Below are positions 10,339 to 20,900 of a DNA stretch of 64,000 bases, one piece after another. The translations under genes and the position numbers were made by a program. Below the pieces are notes generated by a model. That model worked only from the letters and a program-made list of their open reading frames with translations. It was not told where the DNA came from and searched no databases. Source of the DNA: Candidatus Butyricimonas faecavium (GTDB lineage: Bacteria; Bacteroidota; Bacteroidia; Bacteroidales; Marinifilaceae); the NCBI GenBank assembly GCA_019117165.1, contig DXAG01000016.1:216-64215 (forward strand), read 5' to 3'. How positions within the stretch are numbered: position 1 is the first letter of the stretch; the number at the start of each line of letters is the position of its first letter.

Positions 10339-10422
10339 TTTCGTTTCATCTTCGGAACACCTTCGGTGCTCCTTCGCTCCCGGGCGTCTGTGCAGCGAAG
10401 GTGTACCGGGAACGTTCCGGGA
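10339..10422. repeat. GC-rich imperfect palindrome built from 11-nt periodic units (REP-like)
   Basis: (C/T)TTCG at 10339, 10350, 10361, 10372; CGAAG/CGGGA at 10396, 10407, 10418. Confidence 0.5.
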
Positions 10423-10697
10423 AAGAATATTTACTTGAATGTTATTTCAACGGGATTTCACCCGTTTTTCACTTTGCTATATCTTCTTTGAATAAAGGAT
10501 ATATTCATGGTAATATCTCGGTAAAATTTTCAATCGTATTTGAAAATACTTGTGTTTGTAGGAAAATATTCGGTTATGATTGAGTGATTATTCCTGTGCT
10601 GTTTTTTTTGCAAGGACGAGAATTATGTCTATTTTTACACAATCGTTGACGAAACGGTGTAATTGAATATAAATCATTAATAATTAGAATAAATTAC

Positions 10698-13586
10698 ATG
10701 GCAACAGAGAAATTTTTGTGGAGACACATAGGGCCGCGTCCAGAGGATATTGAAAATATGCTCAAAGTGGTTGGTGTTAGTTCACTTGATGAGTTGATCG
10801 AACAAACCGTACCGGAGTCCATCCGTTTGAAAAAACCGTTGGATTTGCCGGCTCCTCTTACCGAGTTCGAGTTTATCTCCCGGATGAAGGCGGTAGCTTC
10901 AAAAAATAAATTATACAGAACTTTTATCGGTCAAGGGTATTATGACACGATTACCCCTGCTGTGATCCAACGGAATATTTTGGAGAACCCGGCTTGGTAC
11001 ACGTCATACACTCCCTATCAGGCAGAAGTTTCACAAGGTCGTTTGGAGGCTTTATTGAATTTCCAGACGATGGTGGTGGAACTTACCGGGATGGAAATTT
11101 CTAACTGTTCGCTACTTGACGAGGCCACGGCTGCTGCAGAATCGATGACGATGATGTACGGTTTGCGTGGTAAAGAGATGAAAAAAGCGGGAGCCAATAA
11201 ATTGTTTGTTGATAATCAGATATTCCCGCAAACGAAAGACGTGTTAATCACCCGTTCAGCCCCGCAGGGAATCGAGTTGGTTTACGGTGATTATGATACG
11301 TTTGAGTTTACCCCGGATGTGTTCGGTGCTATTATTCAGTACCCGGCTGCTAACGGTGAGGTACGTGATTATAAAGCATTCGCCGATCGGGTACACGCTA
11401 ATGGGGCGTTGTTGTCGGTTGTGGCTGACATGATGAGTCTCGTGTTGTTGACCCCTCCGGGAGAATGGGGTGCTGACGTGGTTGTCGGAACAACCCAACG
11501 TTTCGGTATCCCGATGTCTTACGGTGGACCTCACGCTGCTTACATGGCAACGAGAGAGGAATATAAACGTAACATCGTGGGACGTATTATCGGTGTGACG
11601 ATTGATGCACAGGGAAATCATGCATTGCGTTTGGCTTTGCAAACCCGTGAACAACATATCAAACGGGAAAAAGCTTCTTCCAATATCTGTACTGCCAAGG
11701 CTTTGAATGCCACGATGGCCGGATTCTATGCTGCTTATCACGGTCGTGAAGGATTGGAGAGAATTGCCCGTCACATTCATTCCGCTGCCGTGATATTGGC
11801 AGAGGAAATCCAAAAATTGGGTTATAAACTGAAAGTAAATAAATTCTTCGATACATTGCGTTTCGAGTTGCCGGAGGGTGTTTCTCAGGCTGCCGTGCGT
11901 GATGCTGCTTTGGAGCAGGAAATCAACTTGTTCTACTGTAACTGTGGTTGCGGTAAGGTCGTGGGGTTGTCAACGGACGAGAAGATTAACGAGAAGGAAA
12001 TTAACACGTTGATCGGTATTTTCGCTAAAGCTGCCGGAAAGACGGCTGCACACGTGCAATTCCTTGATGACCGTACGGTGCTTGATCCGGTGATGTTGCG
12101 TGACGATGAAATCCTGCAACAATCCGTGTTTAACATCTACCATTCTGAGACTGGAATGATGCGTTACATGAAGAACTTGGAGAGAAGAGATATTTCTTTG
12201 GCTACTTCCATGATTTCTTTGGGATCTTGTACGATGAAATTGAATGCCGCTGTTGAGATGTTGCCGATTACTTGGCCGGAGTTGGGTGCAATCCACCCGT
12301 TTGCCCCGATGTCTCAAGCAGAGGGTTATCAACAAATGATCCGGGAAACCGAGGAAATGTTGTGCAAGGTGACCGGATTTGCCGGATGTAGCTTGATGCC
12401 GAATTCCGGTGCTGCCGGAGAATATTCCGCTTTGATGGTGATCCGTCAATATCATATCTCTCGTGGAGAAGGTCATCGTAACGTGATCCTGATTCCGGCT
12501 TCCGCTCACGGAACGAACCCGGCTTCCAGTTCTATGGCAGGTTTCAAGATTCTTGTTACCGCTACCGACCCGGAAGGAAATATCGACGTGGAAGACTTCC
12601 GCAAGAAAGCTATCGAGAACCGGGATAACTTGATTGGTGCGATGATTACCTACCCATCAACTCACGGTATTTTCGAGGAATCAATCAAGGAATTGTGCAA
12701 GATCGTTCACGAGAACGGTGGACAGGTATTCATGGATGGTGCTAACATGAACGGGCAGTGTGGTTTGACTAGCCCGGGAGAGATTGGTGCTGACGCTTGT
12801 CACTTGAATTTGCACAAGACATTTGCTATGCCTCACGGTGGTGGTGGTCCAGGTGTCGGCCCGATCTGCGTGGCGTCTCATTTGGTGAAATTCTTACCGT
12901 CACACACGATGGTGAAGACCGGAGGCGAGGAAGGTATTCACGCCGTGGCTGCCGCTCCTTACGGTTCTGTTGGAATGTTACCTGTAACTTACGGTTACTT
13001 GTTAATGTTGGGTGGTGAAGGTTTGGCTATGGTAACCAAGATGGCGATTTTGAACGCGAACTATCTGGCTTCATCTTTCGAGAAATTGGGATTCAAGATT
13101 TTGTTCAAGGGATCGAAAGGTCGTGTAGGTCACGAGATGATCTGGGATTGCAATATGTTCAATAAAGAATACGGAATTTCTGAGTTGGATATTGCCAAAC
13201 GTTTGATGGACTTCGGTTTCCACGCTCCTACCTTGTCATTCCCTGTTCACGGGACTTTGATGGTTGAGCCGACGGAGAGCGAGCCGAAAGAAGAGTTGGA
13301 TCGTTTCATCGAGGCGTTGAAGACTATTCGTGAGGAAATGATCGAGGTGGGTGAAGGTAAAGCCGACAAGACGGACAACGTTTTGAAGAATGCACCTCAC
13401 ACGCATAAAGTGTTGACGGCTGACGAGTGGAGTCACGCTTACCCGCGTAGCAAGGCAGCTTATCCGCTGGCTTGGGTGGCAGAGAACAAGTTCTGGCCGC
13501 AAGTAGGGCGTGTGGATGATGGTTATGGTGATCGTAACCTGATGTGTACCTGCGATCCGCTTGAGTCATACGCAGACGAGAAATAA
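10698..13586 (+). CDS. gcvP: Glycine dehydrogenase (decarboxylating), glycine cleavage P protein
   Basis: RHIGP, YTPYQAEVSQGRLEAL, SNICTA, SLGSCTMKLN, PLP motif HLNLHKTF, PHGGGGPG. Confidence 0.97.
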   Translation: MATEKFLWRHIGPRPEDIENMLKVVGVSSLDELIEQTVPESIRLKKPLDLPAPLTEFEFISRMKAVASKNKLYRTFIGQGYYDTITPAVIQRNILENPAWYTSYTPYQAEVSQGRLEALLNFQTMVVELTGMEISNCSLLDEATAAAESMTMMYGLRGKEMKKAGANKLFVDNQIFPQTKDVLITRSAPQGIELVYGDYDTFEFTPDVFGAIIQYPAANGEVRDYKAFADRVHANGALLSVVADMMSLVLLTPPGEWGADVVVGTTQRFGIPMSYGGPHAAYMATREEYKRNIVGRIIGVTIDAQGNHALRLALQTREQHIKREKASSNICTAKALNATMAGFYAAYHGREGLERIARHIHSAAVILAEEIQKLGYKLKVNKFFDTLRFELPEGVSQAAVRDAALEQEINLFYCNCGCGKVVGLSTDEKINEKEINTLIGIFAKAAGKTAAHVQFLDDRTVLDPVMLRDDEILQQSVFNIYHSETGMMRYMKNLERRDISLATSMISLGSCTMKLNAAVEMLPITWPELGAIHPFAPMSQAEGYQQMIRETEEMLCKVTGFAGCSLMPNSGAAGEYSALMVIRQYHISRGEGHRNVILIPASAHGTNPASSSMAGFKILVTATDPEGNIDVEDFRKKAIENRDNLIGAMITYPSTHGIFEESIKELCKIVHENGGQVFMDGANMNGQCGLTSPGEIGADACHLNLHKTFAMPHGGGGPGVGPICVASHLVKFLPSHTMVKTGGEEGIHAVAAAPYGSVGMLPVTYGYLLMLGGEGLAMVTKMAILNANYLASSFEKLGFKILFKGSKGRVGHEMIWDCNMFNKEYGISELDIAKRLMDFGFHAPTLSFPVHGTLMVEPTESEPKEELDRFIEALKTIREEMIEVGEGKADKTDNVLKNAPHTHKVLTADEWSHAYPRSKAAYPLAWVAENKFWPQVGRVDDGYGDRNLMCTCDPLESYADEK

Positions 13587-13604
13587 ATTCTTTTAAATTA
13601 TATT

Positions 13605-13648
13605 GGAAAGCGTTTCATTGTTGAGGTTTGAAACGCTTTCCTTTTCTT
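13605..13648 (+). terminator. Intrinsic terminator after gcvP
   Basis: GGAAAGCGTTTCA/TGAAACGCTTTCC plus TTTTCTT. Confidence 0.8.
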
Positions 13649-13667
13649 ATTTTCCAGGGAGAAAGGT

Positions 13668-14231
13668 ATGTTGGAGCAAGATGTTTTGTTGGATTTATTG
13701 GCACGTAAGGATAACCGGGCTTATCAATATTTATATCAATGTTATTATGTAGCGTTGAAAGCGTTGGCGAATCATTACGTGAAGGATAATGACGTGGCGG
13801 AAGATCTGGTGCAGGATGTGTTTATTTCTTTGTTGGAAAGTGACTACAAGTTCAAGACGGAGAATGACATCAAGTATTTTTTATACAGTTCTCTGAAAAA
13901 TAAATGTATTAGTCATTCCAGAAAACAGAAAGTCCGGGATAAATATTACCAAGATGTTGTGTCTTCGCTGAATGAAGAGGAACATTTTTGGGATAAGGTG
14001 CTGGAAGAGGATGTTTATGCCCGGTTGATGGCAGCTATCGAGACTCTGCCGCCTCAGTGTAAATTAGTAATGATAATGACCCTAGATGGGTTGAAAGCGT
14101 CGGAAATTGCCGAACGTTTGCATATTTCCGTGGATACCGTGAAGGATCATAAAAGTAACGGGAAGAAAAAATTAACCGCCCAGTTGAAAGATACAGAGTT
14201 GCTCTGTTTGATTGGGTTCCTTTGGTTGTAA
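13668..14231 (+). CDS. ECF sigma-70 factor (FecI-like), locus 1
   Basis: AEDLVQDVF region 2; LPPQCK..EIAERLHISVDTVKDH region 4. Confidence 0.93.
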   Translation: MLEQDVLLDLLARKDNRAYQYLYQCYYVALKALANHYVKDNDVAEDLVQDVFISLLESDYKFKTENDIKYFLYSSLKNKCISHSRKQKVRDKYYQDVVSSLNEEEHFWDKVLEEDVYARLMAAIETLPPQCKLVMIMTLDGLKASEIAERLHISVDTVKDHKSNGKKKLTAQLKDTELLCLIGFLWL

Positions 14232-14339
14232 TACTCGTCACGGAAGTGCTATTTTTTCAGGTGTAAAAAAATTTTTTAGGAGACACCCCCCTTTTGGGAG
14301 GTCGTGCGTTTTATTTATAGAACTGGGAATGAAATAGGT

Positions 14340-14503
14340 TTAAACGTTCCTTTATTAAGAGCATAAAGGTGGTTTAATAACGAGAAATCTATTAAATCAT
14401 TTTGATTGGAAAAACGCTGATTACAAACGCCTTAAGAAAAAGCAAAATTCCAACGTAAAAATGGAAATCTGAATATTTAAAATATCAATAAAGGAACGTT
14501 TAA
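14340..14503. repeat. Perfect 17-bp inverted repeats flanking 130 bp (candidate invertible region)
   Basis: TTAAACGTTCCTTTATT (14340-14356) and AATAAAGGAACGTTTAA (14487-14503). Confidence 0.85.
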
Positions 14504-14527
14504 TGCGATTTTATAAATTGTGTACTG

Positions 14528-15703
14528 ATGAACGATAAAGAAATGTTATTCAAGATATCCTTGTTGATTTCCAAGAGTTTATCTGGGGATATCACGAAAG
14601 AGGAACAAACCGAATTATATTCGTGGCGGGAAAAATCCGAATATAACAAGAAGTTGTTTGAGCGAATTTGTTCGGAGATGGTAATGCGGGAAAAACTTGC
14701 TCAATATAAGAGTGCGAACGTGCAGACAGCGTTTGATACATTTGTTAAAAGAAGAGAGAAACTACATTCTGGTCAGCGCTGGATAGGAAAGTTATCCCGT
14801 TATGCGGCAATTTTTATCGTACCCGTGTTGGCTGTGGTATTTTATTATAGCCAGAGAGAGAACGTTGAAATGGTAGAGCAACCACAGTCCGGGACAGAGA
14901 TGGCAACCATCCAGAGAAATTTGCCGGTGCTGACGCTTTCTAATGGAAGGGAAATGGTTTTGTATGACCAAGAATTATTGTTGGAAGAAGAGAACGGGGT
15001 AAAGATTTCGGTGAATGAAGAGGGACGTGTACAGTATGACCGGACAGATTCCGAGGGAACGGAAATGTTATATAACACTTTAACGACGCCTTCGCAGTGT
15101 GATTTTACGTTTACTTTGGCCGATGGAACAAGAGTGTGGATGAATGCTAAATCTTCTTTACGCTATCCGATTAATTTTCAGGGGAAAGAACGAATCGTTT
15201 ATGCGGAGGGTGAAATATATCTGGAAGTGGCCCGGGATGAAAAGCATCCGTTTTTCGTGATGCTTAATGGAATGAAGGTGGAGGTGTTGGGAACTTCCTT
15301 TAACGTGAATTCTTATGCGGATGAGGATTATGCGGAGGTGACGCTGGTGGAAGGACACGTGGCGGCTTACGTGGATGACAAGAGCTATGATTTGTTACCA
15401 AGCCGACAATTACACTGGAATAAAGAGAATGAATCCGTGGATATAAAAACCGTAAATGTAAATGATTATATCGCTTGGAAGAAAGGACAATATGTATTTA
15501 AGGGGCGCCCCTTGGAGAAGGTCGCTAAAGTATTGGAACGTTGGTATGACGTGGAGATTATTTTTGAAAATGAAAAGAGTAAGGAGACGGTTTACACGGG
15601 AGTAATTAATAAAGAGGAAAATTTTGATGCTTTTGTCTTGCGATTGAGAGAGACGTCATCTCTATCGTGCAGGATGGAAGGTAATAAACTATATGTCAAG
15701 TAA
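14528..15703 (+). CDS. FecR-family anti-sigma factor
   Basis: N-terminal anti-sigma helix, single TM, LADGTRVWMNAKSSLRYP, VLGTSFNV, LERWYDV. Confidence 0.93.
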   Translation: MNDKEMLFKISLLISKSLSGDITKEEQTELYSWREKSEYNKKLFERICSEMVMREKLAQYKSANVQTAFDTFVKRREKLHSGQRWIGKLSRYAAIFIVPVLAVVFYYSQRENVEMVEQPQSGTEMATIQRNLPVLTLSNGREMVLYDQELLLEEENGVKISVNEEGRVQYDRTDSEGTEMLYNTLTTPSQCDFTFTLADGTRVWMNAKSSLRYPINFQGKERIVYAEGEIYLEVARDEKHPFFVMLNGMKVEVLGTSFNVNSYADEDYAEVTLVEGHVAAYVDDKSYDLLPSRQLHWNKENESVDIKTVNVNDYIAWKKGQYVFKGRPLEKVAKVLERWYDVEIIFENEKSKETVYTGVINKEENFDAFVLRLRETSSLSCRMEGNKLYVK

Positions 15704-15726
15704 TTTTAATCGTAAAGAAAAATTGT

Positions 15727-16866
15727 ATGAAAAGAATTTTAGTATTAGGATGTTTGTTGATGTCATTTGTCGGGCTTTTCGGGCAAAATGAAACCTCGAA
15801 AGAGACTAAAGATTGCACGATTCAAGGTGTGCTGGATGGTGTTTATAAAGGAACGAAAGTTTATTTGGTTGAAGAAGAAGAGATTAATGGTGCATCCAAG
15901 GTGATTGATAGCTGTGATGTCAGGGATAATCGTTATACGTTTGTTATAAAGAATGTGACGGTTCCACGGATGTATTTTGTAAAAAGTGGTGATCCGAATT
16001 GCTTGAGTCCGATTACTCCGGTTTGGGTAGAACCAGGCAATGTGAAAGTTAGGGCTAATTCGGATTTTTTTGTGAATTGTACTGTTACGGGAACGGTTAA
16101 TAACGAAATCTTTAGTGCTTATAATGCAGAGATAAAGCATTTTGTGGATAGTATGTTGCGTTCAGCTAATATCGATCGGTTGTTGAATAGAAATCAATCA
16201 GAAAAGGAGTTAGATAGGGATTTTAAAGCTCGTACAGCTCAACATAATAGTAGGTCTTTGCATTTGCAGTATGAATTAGTTCACAGATATAATGATCAGG
16301 CTATAGCTCCATTTATGATTTTCTGGGAAATGAAGGCAAATGTTTCCCTCGATGAGTTAAAAAAATTACGTGCGGTAGTATCTTCTAGTTTGAACGAGCA
16401 TCCTTACACGAAACAATTGGATGAATATATTCGTTTAGCTGAATTTAAGGTGGGGAGTGATATGCCGGATTTCGAATTGCCGGATAAAGATGGAAAATCG
16501 TTTAAATTGAGTAGTTTGAGAGGTAAATACGTGTTGGTCGATTTTTGGGCTTCTTGGTGTGGCCCGTGTATGCGGGAAATGCCTAACGTGGTGAAACTGT
16601 ACAAAGAGTGTAAAGGGAAGAATTTCGAAATCGTGGGTGTTTCTTTGGATCAGAAGCGGGATGCATGGTTGAATGCAGTGGAAAAGAATAAGATGAAATG
16701 GATTCAAGTGAGTGACTTGAAGTCTTGGGCAACCGCTCCCGTGAAATTGTGTAATGTATCAGCAGTTCCTTACACGGTTTTGGTGGATCCGGATGGTAAG
16801 GTTATCGCTCTTGATCTTCGGGGTGAGGAACTGATTAAAAAAATAAAGGAAGTTTTAAAGAAATAA
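15727..16866 (+). CDS. TlpA/ResA-like thioredoxin with DUF4369 N-domain
   Basis: Signal peptide; VLVDFWASWCGPC; cis-Pro loop AVP. Confidence 0.9.
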   Translation: MKRILVLGCLLMSFVGLFGQNETSKETKDCTIQGVLDGVYKGTKVYLVEEEEINGASKVIDSCDVRDNRYTFVIKNVTVPRMYFVKSGDPNCLSPITPVWVEPGNVKVRANSDFFVNCTVTGTVNNEIFSAYNAEIKHFVDSMLRSANIDRLLNRNQSEKELDRDFKARTAQHNSRSLHLQYELVHRYNDQAIAPFMIFWEMKANVSLDELKKLRAVVSSSLNEHPYTKQLDEYIRLAEFKVGSDMPDFELPDKDGKSFKLSSLRGKYVLVDFWASWCGPCMREMPNVVKLYKECKGKNFEIVGVSLDQKRDAWLNAVEKNKMKWIQVSDLKSWATAPVKLCNVSAVPYTVLVDPDGKVIALDLRGEELIKKIKEVLKK

Positions 16867-16876
16867 TGGAAATGGT

Positions 16877-17854
16877 ATGAAGTATATAGTACTAATTATT
16901 TGTTTGTGTAATTTATTTTCTTTTACGGTAAAAGCTAAGGAACGTCCGACTGTGATCACGGCTGAAATTTTCGGTTATCAGCGGGATAAAGTTCATTTTG
17001 ATTTTATAGAGAAAGAGGGGATTAATATGGAGTTCCCGTATAAAGACGGTCAATTGATAGAGTTTATGGTGGAATTGGATGATATTACCACGATGATTTT
17101 GAATACGTTTATCGAGGTTTATCTTCAACCGGGGGATTCTATTCATGTAAAGGTGACTTATAACGGGAGGAACTATGACAAGGTTGAGTTTTCCGGAACA
17201 CCTGCGGCGGTAGCTGTAAATTCGAAGTTGCATGAAAAAGAAATATTGCAAAGGCAACGTAATTATAAAACAAATATTCCGGCAATGTTGGTTACATTGG
17301 TGGATGCCAAGAAGTTTCATGAAGCAACGTTGAAAGAGTGGAAAGATGAAGTGGAGATGTTAGGGCAGGTTAAAGACCAGATAGATCCCCGGGTTTATAA
17401 TATGGTGATATCTGGAATAGAGGGAACTCTTTTAACGAATTTAATGACTTATCCTTATGCGAGCGCTTCTTTTCACAAGAAGAAGTTAGAAGATTGTATG
17501 ACTGCGGATTATTGGACAGCACTAGATGGTTATAAACTTCGGGATGACGAGGCATCGTTAAGAAGTAGAGCGTACCAATGTATGTTGGCTCCTTATAAAG
17601 ATTACGTGCGTGCTAAAGAAGCGCGTGATGCGGGTAAGGAATATGAACCGCTTACTTCGCTTGAGGAGCAATACAAGGATTTTGTTGCTTTCTATGACGG
17701 GAGTTTGAGAGATACGGCGTTATTCGTGTTTTTGTATAACTCTGGTGCTGCTGGTGAAGATTTTGATGTGATCGAAAAATTGGTAAAAGATTATTTGAAA
17801 AAGTATAATAAGAATAAGGAATACAAGAAAATTTTGAATCAAGTGATGCAGTAA
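16877..17854 (+). CDS. Secreted hypothetical protein resembling TlpA N-terminal/helical domains without a thioredoxin fold
   Basis: Signal peptide; VYLQPGDSIHV motif; helical C-half; no mature CxxC. Confidence 0.6.
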   Translation: MKYIVLIICLCNLFSFTVKAKERPTVITAEIFGYQRDKVHFDFIEKEGINMEFPYKDGQLIEFMVELDDITTMILNTFIEVYLQPGDSIHVKVTYNGRNYDKVEFSGTPAAVAVNSKLHEKEILQRQRNYKTNIPAMLVTLVDAKKFHEATLKEWKDEVEMLGQVKDQIDPRVYNMVISGIEGTLLTNLMTYPYASASFHKKKLEDCMTADYWTALDGYKLRDDEASLRSRAYQCMLAPYKDYVRAKEARDAGKEYEPLTSLEEQYKDFVAFYDGSLRDTALFVFLYNSGAAGEDFDVIEKLVKDYLKKYNKNKEYKKILNQVMQ

Positions 17855-17939
17855 ATTAAAAGGGGAAATGTATTGCAGTACATTTTCCCCACTCTGAATT
17901 TTAATTTAATTTCTCTAAATTAAAAGCAATACAAAATTA
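17855..17939 (-). ncRNA. Putative antisense sRNA unit upstream of susC1 (DonS-like)
   Basis: Minus-strand TAATTTTG (17932-17939); hairpin 17862-17890 followed on minus strand by TTTTAATTT. Confidence 0.5.
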
Positions 17940-20900
17940 TGCAAAAAAAGAAGTGTCTATGTCGAGATTTAATTATTAAATCGATTTGTTGTGTTTTTTT
18001 ATATGCTTTGCTACCTGTATCGTCTGTTTTTGGACAGGAACAAGATTATAAAAAAACGAGAGTAACACTAAATGTGAAAGATATGAAATTGAATGACGTG
18101 CTTGATACTCTAGCCTCAGTGGCTAAAGTACGCTTCTTTTATAATCATTCACAAGTAGATGTCAATAAGAAAGTATCTTTTAATGTAAAGGATCGTGAGT
18201 TGGATTACGTGCTGATGCTTGCTTTGGGGGATCAGCCGGTGTCCGTGGAGTATCAGGTGAATCGTGTCGTGGTTTTAAAGTACCAAAAACCGACACAGGG
18301 AGTGACTATTTATAAAATTAGTGGAATTGTTATTGATGCTTCCACAAAGGAACCTCTTCCCGGAGCGAGTATTATTTTGAAAGAGAATAAAGGGATGGGA
18401 GTGGTGACGGATTTTGACGGGAAGTTTTTTATAGAGGTTCCTCAAGGAACATCTGCCTTGTTGGTTTCGTTCGTCGGCTACGAAGAAGAAACGGTTAACG
18501 TGACAGGGGGAAATATGGAAAATTTGGAGATCAAGTTGACGGAGAAGACCACGGAGATTGAAGATGTGGTGGTGACGGGTATGGCACCTCGTAAGGTGGA
18601 AAGCTTTTCGGGTGGTTATGTGTCCGTGAAAGGAAGTGAATTAAAAAAGATAAGTCCGAATAACTTGTTGAAGGCTTTGCAGGTTTTTGACCCGAGTTTT
18701 CGTATCGTGGAAAATAATAATGCCGGTTCGAATCCGAATGCCATGCCGGAATTCCGCTTGCGGGGGGATGTGCAGCTAGGAAATGGCGGGGTGGATGCTA
18801 ATAGCATGGAGATGATGATGGGGGATTATTCTCAACGCCCGAATATGCCGCTTTTCGTGTTGGATGGATTTGAGACTACTTTGCAGCGGATTGTTGATTT
18901 GGATCCGGAACGTGTGGAATCCATTACTATTTTAAAGGATGCTGCTGCAACGGCAATCTACGGTTCGAAAGCCTCTAATGGGGTCCTTGTCGTGGAAACG
19001 AAAAAACCTCTTCCGGGAGCGTTGAATATTTCGTATAGTATGAATATGGGTATTTCTGTGCCTGATTTGTCGGATTATAATTTGATGGATGCGGAAGAGA
19101 AGTTGGAATACGAACGGATGGCCGGTGTATTCAGTACGACGAGCCAGTTGAATTATTACAACAAGTATAAAGAAGAAATTTTAAGAGGGGTTGACACGTA
19201 CTGGTTGTCAGAGCCCTTGCGGACGGCCGTCACTCACCGCCATACGTTGACAATGGAAGGTGGAGATGAGGCGTTAAGATATAACTTGGGAATAAACTAT
19301 TCAAGAGAACCGGGAGTGATGAAAGAATCCGGGCGTAACAGTATGGGGTTGAACCTGTCTCTTCAATATCGTCGGAAAAAATGGAATATCCAAAATCAAT
19401 TAAGCCTGACGAATGTAAGAGGGGATAATTCTCCTTATGGTTCTTTTAGTCAATACACGAAATTGAACCCGTATTACCGGAAAACAGATGAAAATGGACG
19501 TTACACGAGTCTTTTGGACCAAAAGAAATTACCGGGAGAAGGAGGAGGAACCGTGAATATCGTGAATCCGTTATATAATTTGTTGTGGAAATATAAAGAT
19601 TTCACGGAGAATTTTAGTGTCGTGGATAATTTTAATATCGAGTGTGCTATCTTGGATAATCTCCGGGTGTCGGCGGGAGCTTCTATCACGAAAGGTACTT
19701 CCAGAATGGAGGTTTTTAAATCCATGAATCATACGGATTTTTTGGCAGAGCAGGATTTGACCAGAAAAGGTTCGTATAATAAAAGTACGGGAGATAATGT
19801 TTCATGGAGCGTGAATGCTTCTGTAAATTATAACTACACGAAGGATAAGCATTTATTAAGTTTGTTTGGACGTTGGAACGTGGATGAGTCTAAAAGTAAC
19901 AGTGTAAACTTGTCGGCAATGGGATTCCCGAATGATAATATGGATGACTTTTTATTTGCTTACGAGATGGAAGACCGGGTAAGTGGAACAGAATCGACTT
20001 CTCGAACAGTCGGAATTATCGGGCAAGTTAGTTATATGTATGATATGCGTTTCTCGGTAGACTTTAGTATTCGTGGGGATCTTTCCTCGCAATTTGGGGC
20101 GAACACGGGAATGGCACCTTTTTGGGCTGCCGGGGCTCGTTGGAACTTACATCGGGAAAAATGGTTGCAAAACACGATTATTTCAAACTTGGTGTTACGC
20201 GGGTCTTATGGTGTCACGGGGTCACAAAGTTATTCTCCTTACCAGGCGAAAGAGACTTACTCGTACGATGATTTGTTGTTCCCCTATCCGTCTTCGGATA
20301 TATTGGGAGCGCAGTTAAAGGGTATGGGTAATCCGGATTTGGGATGGTCTACGACAGAGAATCGTAGTTTAGCTGTAGAGATAGGATTATGGAATAGTCG
20401 GGTAAATGCGTCTTTTTCATACTATAATAATTACACGGATGAGTTGTTGTTAGATTATAATATGGCTCCTTCTACCGGGTTCGCCACTAAAACAATGAAT
20501 GTTGGAGCTGTGGAAAATGAGGGATATGATATTTCATTAAGTGTGATGCCTATTCAGGATTACGAGAGACAGATTCAATGGAGTGTTTCAATGAATGGTT
20601 CGCATAACCGTAACGTGATCAAGAAGATTTCGAACGAAATGAAGGCTATGAACCAGAAAAATTTGGAGAAAAAGAATGGAAGTCCGGAGGCCATTTACGA
20701 GGAAGGGAAATCTACCACCCAGTTGTTTGTGGTTCCTTCTTTGGGAATTGACCCGGCCACGGGGCAAGAGGTGTTCTTAAACCGTAATGGAGAGAAAACT
20801 TATATTTGGGATCCGCTGGATAAAGTGGCAATAGGTGATACGGAACCGAAATTGAGAGGGGCTGTTTCTTCGGCGTTTACGTATAAAAATTGGAGTGTTT

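Noticed and set aside
10058-10349. ORFs overlapping tRNA-His
   Set aside because: They span the tRNA and its terminator; spurious
10339-10422. CRISPR array
   Set aside because: Units are 11 nt with no spacers; no cas genes
10117-10697. tRNA-His as an integration site
   Set aside because: No integrase nearby and I found no duplicated tRNA 3' end in the window
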